A stretch of DNA of 64,000 bases from Hydrurus foetidus. Its lineage: Eukaryota. Below are positions 25,737 through 36,527 of this stretch, piece by piece. Where the stretch lies: contig UYFQ01000006.1 in NCBI GenBank assembly GCA_900617105.1, forward strand, positions 806,001 to 870,000, written 5' to 3'. The notes below the pieces were generated by a model that was not told the origin of the DNA, did not search any database, and saw only the letters and a list, made by a program, of their open reading frames with translations. A program made the translations under genes and the position numbers. The first letter of the stretch is position 1, and the number at the start of each line of letters is the position of its first letter.

Positions 25737-27281
25737 ATGAACCAAGAGAAACACGACGTTGTCATCGTCGGTGCCGGGCTTGCCGGCTTGTCCACCGCCG
25801 TTTTCCTCGCTCTCAACGGCGTGCGGCCGCTGGTGGTCGAACGCCATGCATCAATCTCCGTACTGCCAAAGGCGCGGGGGCAAAATCCGGTCACGATGGA
25901 GGCGATGCGCGTTGCCCAGATTACCGAGGCCATCTATGCTGCCAGGCCTCCTGGCATTCCGGGGATTACCTCCAAGGTGTCCGAGTCCATGACAGGCAAG
26001 GTCATTTACGACCATGTGGCCCACCGGCTTGATTTTTCCAAGTATTCGCCAGAGATGCCCGGTATGGCCAGCCAGGCCCGAACTGAGGCGGTGCTGCTCG
26101 AGCGTGCCCTGGCGCTGGGCGTGGAGGTTCGCTTCAACTGCACCTGTGAGCGCTTGACTGAGAAGGCTGAGTATGTGGAACTGGTACTTAAAAGTCAGTC
26201 CAATGACCGGGAGACCACTGTCGAGGCGCAGTACTTGGTGGCCGCCGATGGCATCCGCGGGGCAATTGCTGCCGAGGTGGGCATCGGTTCCCACGGCATC
26301 GGGCATCTGAAATCCGTGACGGCAGTGCGGTTCGATGCCGACCTTTCCGCTTGGTCGGGCAACAAAGCCATGACTATCCACTACGTGAAGAACGCACAGC
26401 TGCCCGATGGTTCTGGCATTCTCGTGAGTACCGACTACCCCAATCAGTGGGTGGCTAATTTTTCGGCAGACCCAGACCGAGATCAAGAGGTGACGAAGGC
26501 GCTGATACGCATCCTCGTCGGCGTTCCCGATCTGCAATTTAAGATCACCGGCGACACCACCTACAACTATTCGCACCGCATTGCTGACCGGCTCAGCACG
26601 GCCCGCGTGTTCCTGGCAGGGGATGCCGCCCACGTGATGCCGCCTACAGGCGGGCAGGGCGGCAATACCGCAATGCAAGATGGCTATTACCTGGGATGGA
26701 AGCTGGCCTATGTGCTAAGAGGGCTGGCCGGGCCAGAACTGCTGGCGTCTTATGACGCAGAGCGCCGACCTTACGCCGAGATTGTGTGCACTTGGCAGGC
26801 GGCTAATCTGGCGGAGCGCCGTGACATGAAGGACTTGGCGACGCTCACCGGCGAGCCAATTGACCATGCCAAGATGATGTTTGGCTATGTCTGTCTTGAT
26901 GGTGCCGTGGTACGTGGGTTTGGCGATCAGGTGCCGTCTTCCTCCGACCCGTTCGAGGATCCTCTGCAGCCGTCGGGAGTGCCAGGGGCGCGCGTGCCCT
27001 ACGTGAAGTTGCAGGCGGGGGGCGCTGAGATCGACACCCGACGGGAACTGGGCCAGCACTTTCAGCTGTACACCGATAGCCTGGAACTGGCGGAGCAGGC
27101 TGCCGCCATCGCCCGCGATTTCGGGGTTCCGCAGAAAGCGACCATAGTGGATTCGACAGCGCCTTTGAAGGCACCCGAAGGCGAGGCTGTACTGGTGCGG
27201 CCGGACGGCATGGTTGCCTGGCGCGGGACTTCGGCAGAAGCACTGACCCGCGCCTATCGGCAGATTCTGGCGCGTACCTGA
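25737..27281 (+). CDS. FAD-dependent monooxygenase (group A, aromatic hydroxylase family)
   Basis: VVIVGAGLAGL, YLVAADG, RVFLAGDAAHVMPPTGGQGGN, SYDAERRP, C-terminal VLVRPDG. Confidence 0.92.
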   Translation: MNQEKHDVVIVGAGLAGLSTAVFLALNGVRPLVVERHASISVLPKARGQNPVTMEAMRVAQITEAIYAARPPGIPGITSKVSESMTGKVIYDHVAHRLDFSKYSPEMPGMASQARTEAVLLERALALGVEVRFNCTCERLTEKAEYVELVLKSQSNDRETTVEAQYLVAADGIRGAIAAEVGIGSHGIGHLKSVTAVRFDADLSAWSGNKAMTIHYVKNAQLPDGSGILVSTDYPNQWVANFSADPDRDQEVTKALIRILVGVPDLQFKITGDTTYNYSHRIADRLSTARVFLAGDAAHVMPPTGGQGGNTAMQDGYYLGWKLAYVLRGLAGPELLASYDAERRPYAEIVCTWQAANLAERRDMKDLATLTGEPIDHAKMMFGYVCLDGAVVRGFGDQVPSSSDPFEDPLQPSGVPGARVPYVKLQAGGAEIDTRRELGQHFQLYTDSLELAEQAAAIARDFGVPQKATIVDSTAPLKAPEGEAVLVRPDGMVAWRGTSAEALTRAYRQILART

Positions 27282-27299
27282 GTCGAAGCACTGCACACC

Positions 27300-28175
27300 A
27301 TGAAACGCATCTTGGTTACTGGCACCTCCGGGCGCGTGGGCGCGCATGTCGTTCGTCGGCTGGCGGGCGGGCCGGTTGTACTCCGCCTATTGGTTCGGGC
27401 AACGCCTTCCTGGCCCTTGCCGGCAGGGGCGGAGCTTGTGTTCGGTGATTACAACGATCCGACGCACATGGCGAAAGCATTTGCTTCGATGGACGCAGCC
27501 TTTATGTACGCCCCAGCTACCGGCGCAAGTAACGCCGTGTTCCAGGCCGCCGCGACCGCAGGCGTACGCCAGCTCACCCTGTTGTCATCCGCTTCCGTGA
27601 CCCGGGCACCACTAGGCGTGAACCCTATCGCCGAACGGCATCGCGCGGCAGAAAATGCGGCCCGCGCGTCGGGGCTGGATTGCACCTTCATCCGTCCCGA
27701 CACCATGGCCTCTAACTGTCTACAGTGGGCGCAGGACATTCGTGAGGAACGCCGGGTCTATGCAGCCTACCCGGAATCAATGAGGAATCCTGTCCATGAG
27801 GACGACATTGCGTTGCTGGCCGCGCAGTCGCTGCGGGATGTGAGCCATGTGGGTCGCGCATTCGACGTCACTGGCCCCGCCTGCCTGAGCCTGCGGGAAC
27901 AGGTGGCCTGCATCGCAGCGCAGCTCGGCACTGACCTGGAATGCGTCACCATCTCTTGCGAAGAGGCGTTGCAGCGCATGATTGCGCCTCCCTCCAGCCT
28001 GCCGCACCAAGCAGCTGCACGGCTGCTGGATTATCAGAAGAAATCGGTCACCCTGCCGCCGCACCTAAGCGACGACTTCCAGGAAGCCACGGGACGCGCG
28101 CCCCAACGTTTCGAAGAGTGGGTTCGGGACAACCTGGATCCGTTCAGAAGCCAGCCAAGCCTCAGCGTAAGGTGA
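27300..28175 (+). CDS. NmrA-like NAD(P)H-binding protein (atypical SDR)
   Basis: ILVTGTSGRVG, TFIRP, PVHEDDIA. Confidence 0.87.
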   Translation: MKRILVTGTSGRVGAHVVRRLAGGPVVLRLLVRATPSWPLPAGAELVFGDYNDPTHMAKAFASMDAAFMYAPATGASNAVFQAAATAGVRQLTLLSSASVTRAPLGVNPIAERHRAAENAARASGLDCTFIRPDTMASNCLQWAQDIREERRVYAAYPESMRNPVHEDDIALLAAQSLRDVSHVGRAFDVTGPACLSLREQVACIAAQLGTDLECVTISCEEALQRMIAPPSSLPHQAAARLLDYQKKSVTLPPHLSDDFQEATGRAPQRFEEWVRDNLDPFRSQPSLSVR

Positions 28176-28376
28176 GCGTTGTGATGAATCCACAGCAATA
28201 GGGGGCTGCACTATGAACCGATAGAAATCCATAGAAACCTATGACGACGACCTCTTTTTGAACCAGCGCGAGTCCCAAGACCCCCTGCGGGAACGTCTTC
28301 AAGGACTTGCATCGACGCCATGGTCGGACCCAACCACCTTGGCGGGGCTTTCTCATCCTTGCGACGGAGCGATTTG

Positions 28377-29420
28377 ATGAACCTACAACGACCCTTGAGT
28401 GCTGCGGCACTCATCCTGCTGGCAACTTCCGCCAGTGCACAGACCGATGTCAGCATCTACGGGCTGGTCGACTCAATGGCCTACCGTAAGAAGCTAGCTG
28501 GCGAATCCTATGCCACGAAAGTTGACAGTGGCGGCCTCAGCACCTCGTTCTGGGGCGTGCGCGGCCGCGAGGACTTGGGCGACGGCCTGAGCGCCCAGTT
28601 CGACCTCTCGGCTTTCTTTCGCATGGATGCAGGTGTCCCAGGAAGAAGCGACACTGACCCGTACTTCGCCCGTTCTAGCTGGGTGGGGCTGGAAGGCAAT
28701 TGGGGCAGCGTGCGCCTGGGGCGACAGAGCACGCTGGCGTTCCTCAACCTTGTTCGTTACAGCGCTCTCGGCGGCTCGTCGTCGCTCAACCCGAGTATTT
28801 TGCAGAACTACCAGGCCAGCACCATCCAACCGCTGATGACCGCCAGCGGCGCGTCGGATTCGGTGTGGAACAATGTGGTCAGCTATACGTCGCCTAACAT
28901 GAAAGGCTTTTCCAGTGCGGTCTTCTACGCGCCATCTGAAAACACCACCGCCGGCCGGCGGCTTGGTGGTAGCGTGAACTACGCGGGCAGCGCGTTTTCT
29001 GCCGGTCTGGTGGCCGAGAAGATCACTGGCATGGCCTTGAGCTTTTCGAAGCCTCCGGCGAACGTGCGCATCGAAAAGTCTGAAATATGGAATCTGGGCG
29101 CTTCCTATGATTTCAAGGTGGCCAAACTCTTCGCCAATGCGATCCGGACCGACCTGCGCAACGCAGCGACGCGCATTGATCTGGATACCTATGGTACGGG
29201 TGTGACGGTGCCGATCGGCCAGGCTCTGATCATGGCGTCTTACGGTGAAACCAAGGTGACGCAAACGGCGCAGGCCACCCTCAAACGCCGAACCACGACT
29301 GTGGCCTATGACTACTACCTGTCCAAGCGCACAGACCTTTATGCGGTTGTGTTGCATGATCGCGCCACCAATCTTTCCAATGGCACTGGCTTTGCGGTGG
29401 GCATCCGGCACCGTTTCTAG
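28377..29420 (+). CDS. Betaproteobacterial general porin
   Basis: Signal ASA-Q, VSIYGLVD, SFWGVRGREDLGDGL, YYLSKRTDLY, C-terminal GIRHRF. Confidence 0.93.
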   Translation: MNLQRPLSAAALILLATSASAQTDVSIYGLVDSMAYRKKLAGESYATKVDSGGLSTSFWGVRGREDLGDGLSAQFDLSAFFRMDAGVPGRSDTDPYFARSSWVGLEGNWGSVRLGRQSTLAFLNLVRYSALGGSSSLNPSILQNYQASTIQPLMTASGASDSVWNNVVSYTSPNMKGFSSAVFYAPSENTTAGRRLGGSVNYAGSAFSAGLVAEKITGMALSFSKPPANVRIEKSEIWNLGASYDFKVAKLFANAIRTDLRNAATRIDLDTYGTGVTVPIGQALIMASYGETKVTQTAQATLKRRTTTVAYDYYLSKRTDLYAVVLHDRATNLSNGTGFAVGIRHRF

Positions 29421-29444
29421 TTCTGTTTTTTATCCCATAGTCCC

Positions 29445-30308
29445 ATGATTCGCAAAAAAGAAGACATTCCGCCACCGGAGAGCGGCGAACAGCTTGACGA
29501 CCCTAAGGCGGTCAAAGATCCGTACTGGGTGGACGCGCTCGCGCAGGGGCTGGCCGTGTTGAAGGCCTTCGATACCGACCGCCCTGCGCTGACGCTCTCG
29601 GAGATCGCGGTAGAGCTTGGCTGGAGCCGAACCAAGCCCTTCCGCTTCGTCCATACGCTGGAGAAGCTCGGCTATCTGGCGCGCACGGAATCTGGCCGTG
29701 CCTTTCGGCTGACCAGCCTGGCCATGCAACTGGGCTTTGCCTACCTGAGCCGCGTTCCGATGGTGGAGATGGCACAACCCGTGCTTGACCGGCTGCGCAC
29801 GGAGGTGGGGGCGTCGGTTCATCTGGCCTTGCTGGAAGGTAACGAATTGGTCTACGTCGCTCAGTCGCGAATACAGCTACCCACGGCCATCAACATCCAT
29901 GTGGGGTCGCGCTTGCCGCCCTACGCCACGTCGATCGGGCGCGTGCTGTTGGCCTACAAGTCGGATGCAGAACTGGATGCCATCGTCGGCACCGGGCCGC
30001 TGTCTGCTTGGACGGAAAAATCAACGGTCGATCCCGCCGTGTTGCGGCGCAATCTGGCGATGGCGTGCGCGCAAGGCTATGTGTTCAACGACGGGGAGTT
30101 TCATGCCGGCGTGCGCTCTATTGCGGCACCGATCTTCGATGGGCAGGGTAACGCCGTTGCGGGTGTCAACGCTACGGCATCCACCTTTGTCTTTACTGAC
30201 GAGCGGATCCAGTCGGAAATCGTGCCAGCAGTACTCCGTGCTGCGGACGAGTTGAGCCGCAGCCTGGGCCATTTCGCGGGCGGCCGTCAGCCAACTCACA
30301 CCCCGTAA
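29445..30308 (+). CDS. IclR family regulator (PcaR/PobR-like)
   Basis: LAQGLAVLKAF, HVGSRLPPYATSIGRVLLA, GVRSIAAPI. Confidence 0.92.
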   Translation: MIRKKEDIPPPESGEQLDDPKAVKDPYWVDALAQGLAVLKAFDTDRPALTLSEIAVELGWSRTKPFRFVHTLEKLGYLARTESGRAFRLTSLAMQLGFAYLSRVPMVEMAQPVLDRLRTEVGASVHLALLEGNELVYVAQSRIQLPTAINIHVGSRLPPYATSIGRVLLAYKSDAELDAIVGTGPLSAWTEKSTVDPAVLRRNLAMACAQGYVFNDGEFHAGVRSIAAPIFDGQGNAVAGVNATASTFVFTDERIQSEIVPAVLRAADELSRSLGHFAGGRQPTHTP

Positions 30309-30460
30309 AAACCGCTCATCCACAATCTTCCCGCCCCGTACCGTGGGCCAAAGCGGGTTGGACTCTGCGAGGTTTCCAGCGCTGCGGTTGACTGCACCAG
30401 CACGGGAGCAGTACGGCCAAAATCTTGGGTGATTTGGGCTGTAGCGATGCAGTAAGTCAT

Positions 30461-33400
30461 CTAACTCCCCAGTGGTTTGAGCAACTCCGCCACATCGTCC
30501 TCAGTGAACAGCGGCTGTTTGCGCCCTTGCGCGCCGCTGTACAGGCTGTCTGCCAGTGCGGCTTTGCGGGCTTGGAGGGCCAAAATGCGCTCTTCAATCG
30601 TGCCTTGCGCCACCAGTTTGTAGACGAACACGCTTTGCGTTTGCCCGATGCGGTGGGCGCGGTCGGTGGCTTGGTTTTCTACGGCGGGGTTCCACCAGGG
30701 GTCGTAGTGGATGACGGTATCGGCTTGCGGCAAATTCAGGCCCACGCCACCGGCTTTCAGGCTTATGAGGAACAGCGGGACTTGGCCGCTGGTGAACTGC
30801 TCGATCAGCGCATCGCGCTTTTGGCTTTGGCCGGTCAGCTTGACCCAGGGGATTTTGCGGGCTTTGAGCTCGTCTTCAATCAGCGTCAACATGGACGTGA
30901 ACTGCGAGAACAGCAGGATGCGCCGCCCCTCGGCCAGCATCTCGGGCAGCAGCTCCATCAGCAGCTCCAGTTTGGCCGATTGCTTGATCTTTTTGGCGGC
31001 GTCCAGCGGTACTAAGCGCGGGTCGCAGCAGACTTGGCGCAGCTTCAGCAGGGCATCCAGAATCTGGATTTGTGATTTCGCCAAACCTTTGTTGTTTAGC
31101 GCTTCGCGCACGGCTTTTTCGGTGGCGAGGCGGATGGTTTCGTACAGGTCGGCCTGTTTGCCGCTCAGCTCGACGCTGGAGACAAACTCTTGCTTGTCGG
31201 GTAAATCGGTGGCCACATCGCGCTTGGCGCGGCGCAGCATGAAGGGGGTGACGCGGCGGCGCAGTTGGTCAAGGCGTTCGCTGTCGCCCTGTTTTTCGAT
31301 GGGTGTGCGGAACAGGTCTTTGAAGCGGGCTTGACTGCCCAAAAAGCCCGGCATCAGGAAGTGGAACAGGCTCCACAGCTCGCCCAGGTGGTTTTCCATG
31401 GGCGTGCCGGAGAGGCACAGGCGGTGGCGGGTGTTGAGTTCGCTGACCACTTGGGCGGCGTAGCTGTTGGCGTTTTTGATGTTTTGCGCTTCGTCCAGCA
31501 CCACGATGTGCCAGGGTTGTTCGACCCAGCGTTCGCGGTCGCGTTGCAGCAGCGAATAGGGGGCGATCACCACGTCGTGCAGGGCGATTGCGGTGGCGGC
31601 TTCGTGGCGCTCGGCACCGTGCAACACCAGGGTTTTCAGCTCCGGCGTGAAGCGGTTGGCCTCGCGCCGCCAGTTGCCCATCAAACTGACGGGGGCGATG
31701 ATGAGGGCAGGGCGGTCGAGGCGACCGGCTTGTTTTTCAACCAACAAATGGGCCAGGGTTTGCAGGGTTTTGCCTAGGCCCATGTCGTCGGCCAAGATGC
31801 CTGCCAGACCGTGACTGCGCAGGAACTGCAACCAGTTCAGCCCTTGCTGCTGGTAGGGGCGCAACTCGGCGTTCAGGCCGGTGGGCAGCGGCACTTCAGG
31901 TATCGCGCTGTGACCGGCAAGCTGTGTGACCATTTGGCGCAGGCTGTCCGCGCCCGACCACTGCGCACCTTGGCCCAGGGCGGCGCCGACGCGCAGGGCT
32001 TCCAGGCGAGAGAGGCGCAGGCTGTCGCCGTTCAGACCGCCGTTGTGCGTGCGTTCGCCCACCAGATCGAGCAAGGCTTGCAACCAGGGACGCAGTGGTT
32101 CGGTGGGTAAGCGCAGGTAGCCCCCAGCGGCTTTGGGCAGGTAGATAAAGGGCGGCAGTTGCGCGGTGGATTCTTCGGCGGTGCTGGCGTCTCTGAGTTG
32201 CGCCAAGAGCTCGGGCAGCAGCGGCAGGATGTTGTGGCGCTCGCCGTTGATCTGCATCCCCAGCGAGAGGTCAAACCAGGGGCTTTGGCTGTCGTCACTG
32301 CCAGCGAGGTCGCTGAAATCGCCGTGGTGGCCAGACGCATCACCGCCGCCGGGGGTCATCGCCACGTCGAGGGTGTCGGCGCGGGCGATCCAGTCGTTCA
32401 AGGCGGGATCAACGGTGACGGTGAAGCCTGCGTCGCGCAGCGGGGCGAAGTCGGCATCGGCCCAGTGCAGCCACGGGTGTTGGCTGTGGGGCTGTAAGAG
32501 GTGGAACACGCCGTAGGGGTTGCCGGTGAGGCCCAGGGCGATGAGCGCATCGTGGGCTGATTTTTCAGCGGTGGTATCGCGGTGCAGCAGCAGACGGGGT
32601 GGTGTTTTGCCGTCAGCAAGCGGTGTGGCGGTGGCCGTGGCGGGTGGTGTGTCCAGCAGTACCGGGCTTTGTGTGTTGCGGCGGTAAAAGGGCAGGCCGT
32701 CGTAATCAAAGTGCAGGCTGGCGCTCAGCAGGCCGCGTTGGACTGTGTCGTTCGCTGCGACATGGGTGATGAGCAGGTGCGCTTGGGGCACGATGCCTTG
32801 CAGCACGGTGGGCGGTGTCAGCACCGGGGGCAGCGGCAACCCGGCGAAGTGGCTGAGCAGACGGGTTTCGTGTTTGGCAAACGCCGATTGCGGTATGGGT
32901 GGGGTTTTGAGCAGCAGCGCCAAATGGGCCGCCGAGATGCCGGGCGACTCCACCGGGCCGCACAGCCCGGCTGCGGCATCCAGGTACAGCGGGGGCGTGT
33001 TGGCAAACCACTGGGTGCCTTCAAAGGGGGCTGCAACCGTTGCCTGCAAGTGCCACAGGGGGTCAGCCAGCGTGCTTGGGGTGGCAGGAACCTCGCTCCA
33101 CTGCCACTGCAAGGCACGCGGTGGGCCGAGGCGCACGGGGGTGGTCAGCACGCGCTCTTGCACGGGGTAAAACAGGTAGCCGGTAGCCGCGGCGATGCTC
33201 AGGGCCAATTGGCCGGTTTTGCCCGACAACGTGGCTTGGTTGGGGTTGCTGTAATAGCTGCTGCTGCTCGTTTGTGCGCGAATCAGCCCGGTTATTTCTT
33301 TGTCTTGCGCAGACAGGCCATCGGAACTCAGGTAACTGGGGATTTTGGCTTTGGCCCATTTGCCGTTGCGCAGCACGCGCGACTTGGCATAGCTCAGCTG

Positions 33401-34036
33401 CAACACCGCGTGACCGTCTTGGGGCTGGGTGTGCAGCATGTACACCATGCGCTCGTCATCTTCGGGCGCTGTGCGGGCTTCAGTGGCATGGGTTTGTGAC
33501 TCAGCAGCTTGCCCGAACTGGTTCAGCCACAGGTCTACTTTGTGCTGGGCGAGCTGGCGTTCGCGCTCTTGGGCGATGCGTTGCTGGGTTTCTTTTTGCG
33601 CTTGCAGATCAGCGGGTGTTTTGGGGGCTGCGTTGCGGATGATGTTGGCGATGGAAGCCCGGGCTATGGGGCTGGCCTCAAAAGCCGAGCTTCGAGGTGG
33701 TGACGCTGCGACATCGCCCTTGCCCGCTTGGTAAGCCGCCTTCACCGTCAGCGCTACGGCGTGTTTGCAGTTGACCTCGACGGGGCAGGTGCAGTCGCCT
33801 GAAAAATGGCTCAAGCGGCCATTTTTGTCCAGCTCTACGGCGACCGTCACAAAGTAGCGCTCTTTGTGGCTGCCTTGTACGGTGCCCTCAATGTCCCATA
33901 CCAAGTTGTTGCTGTAGTTGACCTCGTAATTCAGAACCTGCTGGTTCAGGTAAACGCTCAAGCCTCGTTGGTAAGTGCCCGCATCCACCTTGGCCAGGAT
34001 GGATTGAGGGCTGAGGAAAAAACTGGGTGTACTCAA
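30461..34036 (-). CDS. SNF2-family helicase with N-terminal SWIM zinc finger
   Basis: SWIM CTCPVEVNCKH; GILADDMGLGKT, VVLDEAQ, SGTPMEN, SLKAGGVGLNL, QATDRAHRIGQ; start at TTG 34036 chosen to avoid lipA overlap. Confidence 0.92.
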   Translation of the reverse strand: MSTPSFFLSPQSILAKVDAGTYQRGLSVYLNQQVLNYEVNYSNNLVWDIEGTVQGSHKERYFVTVAVELDKNGRLSHFSGDCTCPVEVNCKHAVALTVKAAYQAGKGDVAASPPRSSAFEASPIARASIANIIRNAAPKTPADLQAQKETQQRIAQERERQLAQHKVDLWLNQFGQAAESQTHATEARTAPEDDERMVYMLHTQPQDGHAVLQLSYAKSRVLRNGKWAKAKIPSYLSSDGLSAQDKEITGLIRAQTSSSSYYSNPNQATLSGKTGQLALSIAAATGYLFYPVQERVLTTPVRLGPPRALQWQWSEVPATPSTLADPLWHLQATVAAPFEGTQWFANTPPLYLDAAAGLCGPVESPGISAAHLALLLKTPPIPQSAFAKHETRLLSHFAGLPLPPVLTPPTVLQGIVPQAHLLITHVAANDTVQRGLLSASLHFDYDGLPFYRRNTQSPVLLDTPPATATATPLADGKTPPRLLLHRDTTAEKSAHDALIALGLTGNPYGVFHLLQPHSQHPWLHWADADFAPLRDAGFTVTVDPALNDWIARADTLDVAMTPGGGDASGHHGDFSDLAGSDDSQSPWFDLSLGMQINGERHNILPLLPELLAQLRDASTAEESTAQLPPFIYLPKAAGGYLRLPTEPLRPWLQALLDLVGERTHNGGLNGDSLRLSRLEALRVGAALGQGAQWSGADSLRQMVTQLAGHSAIPEVPLPTGLNAELRPYQQQGLNWLQFLRSHGLAGILADDMGLGKTLQTLAHLLVEKQAGRLDRPALIIAPVSLMGNWRREANRFTPELKTLVLHGAERHEAATAIALHDVVIAPYSLLQRDRERWVEQPWHIVVLDEAQNIKNANSYAAQVVSELNTRHRLCLSGTPMENHLGELWSLFHFLMPGFLGSQARFKDLFRTPIEKQGDSERLDQLRRRVTPFMLRRAKRDVATDLPDKQEFVSSVELSGKQADLYETIRLATEKAVREALNNKGLAKSQIQILDALLKLRQVCCDPRLVPLDAAKKIKQSAKLELLMELLPEMLAEGRRILLFSQFTSMLTLIEDELKARKIPWVKLTGQSQKRDALIEQFTSGQVPLFLISLKAGGVGLNLPQADTVIHYDPWWNPAVENQATDRAHRIGQTQSVFVYKLVAQGTIEERILALQARKAALADSLYSGAQGRKQPLFTEDDVAELLKPLGS

Positions 34037-34076
34037 CGGGGCAGCCTCGCATCCACGGTCAAACGCCTGCCAACAT

Positions 34077-35057
34077 TCAAACGCCTGCGGCGTGCGCTTG
34101 CTTGTCGGCGTGGTAGCTGCTGCGCACCATCGCGCCCACGGCGGCGTGGCTGAAGCCCATCTTGTACGCCTCGGCTTCAAACATTTTGAAGGTGTCGGGG
34201 TGAACGTAGCGGCGCACAGGCAGGTGGCTCATGCTGGGGGCGAGGTACTGGCCGATGGTCAGCATGTCGATGTTGTGCGCGCGCATGTCGCGCATGACTT
34301 GCAAAATCTCTTCGTCCGTTTCGCCCAGGCCAACCATGATGCCGCTCTTGGTGGGCACGTTGGGGTGCAGAGCTTTGAATTTTTTCAGCAAGTTCAACGA
34401 GAACTGGTAGTCGCTGCCGGGGCGGGCTTCTTTGTAGAGGCGGGGCGCAGTTTCCAGGTTGTGGTTCATAACATCTGGGGGGGCGGCCTTCAAAATCTCC
34501 AGCGCACGGTCGTCACGGCCCCGGAAGTCGGGCACCAGCACCTCGATTTGCGTGAGTGGCGAGAGCTCGCGAATGTGGCGGATGCAGTCCACAAAGTGCG
34601 CGGCACCTCCGTCGCGCAAGTCATCGCGGTCTACGCTGGTGATCACCACGTACTTCAGCTTGAGTTTGGCGATGGTTTTGGCCATGTTCAGCGGCTCATC
34701 AGCGTCCAGCGGGTCAGGGCGGCCATGCCCCACATCGCAAAACGGGCAGCGCCGCGTGCATTTGTCACCCATTATCATGAAGGTGGCCGTGCCGTTGCCA
34801 AAGCATTCACCAATGTTAGGGCAGCTGGCTTCTTCGCACACCGTGTGCAGATTGCTCTCGCGCAGGATTTGCTTGATCTCGTAAAAGCGGGTGCTGGGTG
34901 AACCTGCTTTGACGCGGATCCAGTCAGGCTTCTTGAGTACTTCCCCCTGAACCACCTTGACGGGGATGCGGCTCAGCTTGGCCCCCGCCTTTTGCTTGGC
35001 CAGCGGGTTGTAGTTTTCAACAGATTGCGCGTCGCGAACGACTTCGGTGGTGCTCAT
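34077..35057 (-). CDS. lipA: Lipoyl synthase
   Basis: [12 protein letters not shown] and CTRRCPFC motifs, C-terminal VRSSY. Confidence 0.97.
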   Translation of the reverse strand: MSTTEVVRDAQSVENYNPLAKQKAGAKLSRIPVKVVQGEVLKKPDWIRVKAGSPSTRFYEIKQILRESNLHTVCEEASCPNIGECFGNGTATFMIMGDKCTRRCPFCDVGHGRPDPLDADEPLNMAKTIAKLKLKYVVITSVDRDDLRDGGAAHFVDCIRHIRELSPLTQIEVLVPDFRGRDDRALEILKAAPPDVMNHNLETAPRLYKEARPGSDYQFSLNLLKKFKALHPNVPTKSGIMVGLGETDEEILQVMRDMRAHNIDMLTIGQYLAPSMSHLPVRRYVHPDTFKMFEAEAYKMGFSHAAVGAMVRSSYHADKQAHAAGV

Positions 35058-35223
35058 GGGCGGGCTTTGGCGTTAGGGTGAAGAGTGGCCCCAAGTTTAT
35101 CGCCCTGTGCCAAGGGGGGGCTGTGTGGGTGCTGCGTAACTTTCAAACAATTAAAACAGAGACCCTCAGTTTTAGAGTGCCTAGTCTTGCAAGTGTCATG
35201 GGCAGGGTGTACATTTCAAATTA

Positions 35224-35238
35224 TGTTGCAGCGCAGCA
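35224..35238. promoter_or_regulatory. Putative PhaR binding site upstream of phasin
   Basis: TGTTGC-AGC-GCAGCA, TGC-N3-GCA type inverted repeat 40 bp before the phasin start. Confidence 0.6.
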
Positions 35239-35278
35239 AAAACTTTTTCAGTTGTTTTTAATCTTTAAGGGAATCACC

Positions 35279-35794
35279 ATGACCAACTTCGAACCTCTCA
35301 TCGCCGCTCAAAAATCCGCTGTTGAAGGCATCTTCAGCCTGTCGAACACTTTGTTTGACGGCGCACAAAAGCTCGTTGAACTGAACTTGCAAGCCGCTAA
35401 GGCTTCCATGCAAGAAGCACAAGCCAACGCTACCGCTGCTGCTGCCGCTAAAGACCCACAAGCCCTGATCGCTCTGCAAACCGCAGCGCTCAAGGCTGTG
35501 CCTGAGAAAGCCGCTTCGTACCTGCGCCATGTGTACAACATCACCAGCGCCAGCAGCACCGAAGTGCGTGCCTTCGCTGAAGAAGCTGGTGCCAAGGCCA
35601 AAGCCGGTGTGACCACGATGGTTGACGCGGCTATCAAGAACGCCCCTGCTGGCAGCGAAAACGCTGTGGCCCTGGTGAAGTCCGCTGTGACTGCCGCTAC
35701 CACCGCTATGGAAACCGCTCAGCAAGCTGCCAAGCAAGCGACCGACAAGGCTGTGGAAGCTGTCGAAGCGCAACTCGCTAAAGTTGCTGCTTAA
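35279..35794 (+). CDS. phaP: Phasin (PHA granule-associated protein)
   Basis: KLVELNLQAAK, KDPQAL, EKAASYLRHVYNI, KNAPAGSENAVA; highly expressed codon style. Confidence 0.92.
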   Translation: MTNFEPLIAAQKSAVEGIFSLSNTLFDGAQKLVELNLQAAKASMQEAQANATAAAAAKDPQALIALQTAALKAVPEKAASYLRHVYNITSASSTEVRAFAEEAGAKAKAGVTTMVDAAIKNAPAGSENAVALVKSAVTAATTAMETAQQAAKQATDKAVEAVEAQLAKVAA

Positions 35795-35845
35795 TTTTGT
35801 GCTGTGAGATTGGGGCGCGTGAGCGCTTAAACCTACGACAATAGC

Positions 35846-35876
35846 CAAACGGCCTGGTGGTTCACCAGGCCGTTTG
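35846..35876 (+). terminator. Terminator hairpin after phaP
   Basis: CAAACGGCCTGGTG-GTT-CACCAGGCCGTTTG. Confidence 0.75.
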
Positions 35877-35945
35877 TGCGTTTAAGAGCCAGTAAATCAC
35901 CCGGCCTGCGCCCTTTATTGTTAAGTGCTTTTGAGAGATTCACGG

Positions 35946-36527
35946 ATGACTTCAACCCCTCCCTCCTTTTTCGCCCGCCTCGCGTTGGGCTTTGGCACCC
36001 TGTTTGCGGTGCTGTCTGACGGCAAACTCGCCGCACAGGTACAAAATTTGCGCGCCGGTGTGCTGCCGCCTGTGCCGCCCCCTGCCACTACACCCGCCCC
36101 AACAGCGGCTCCTACCCCAGCGCCCACCGCCCCCCCCTTGCGCATTGCCACGCCTGACGCCGCCTTGCAATTGCTGGGGCTGATGCAGCGCGAAGCCCGT
36201 TTTATCGACTTCATCCAAGAAGACGTGGCCGCTTATTCCGATGCTGAAATCGGTGGTGCCGCCCGCTCTGTTCACGCCGGATGCCGCAAAGTGCTGGCCG
36301 AGCATTTCACCTTGACCGCCGCCCGCGAAGAACCCGAAGGCAGCCGCATCGTGCTGAACGCCGGTTTTGATGCCGCAGCCATCCGCCTGACGGGCAACGT
36401 CGTAGGCACCGCGCCCTTCCGTGGCAACCTGACGCACCGGGGCTGGCGCGTCACTGACGTCCGTTTGCCGCGCCTGACTGAAGGCCACGATGCCCGCATC
36501 CTCGCCGCCGCTGAGGTGGAACTGTGA
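35946..36527 (+). CDS. DUF2760 domain protein
   Basis: ALQLLGLMQREARFIDF, IGGAARSVHAGC, LTHRGWR, AEVEL; typical partner of tandem Hsp70-like genes. Confidence 0.85.
   Translation: MTSTPPSFFARLALGFGTLFAVLSDGKLAAQVQNLRAGVLPPVPPPATTPAPTAAPTPAPTAPPLRIATPDAALQLLGLMQREARFIDFIQEDVAAYSDAEIGGAARSVHAGCRKVLAEHFTLTAAREEPEGSRIVLNAGFDAAAIRLTGNVVGTAPFRGNLTHRGWRVTDVRLPRLTEGHDARILAAAEVEL

Noticed and set aside
34037..34180. N-terminal extension of the SNF2 ORF overlapping the lipA 3' end
   Set aside because: Longest-ORF artefact; the extension reads like an off-frame lipA translation and a TTG at 34036 gives a non-overlapping start.
36060..36140. C-rich quasi-repeats in DUF2760 gene
   Set aside because: Simply encodes a Pro/Ala/Thr linker; not a DNA repeat array.
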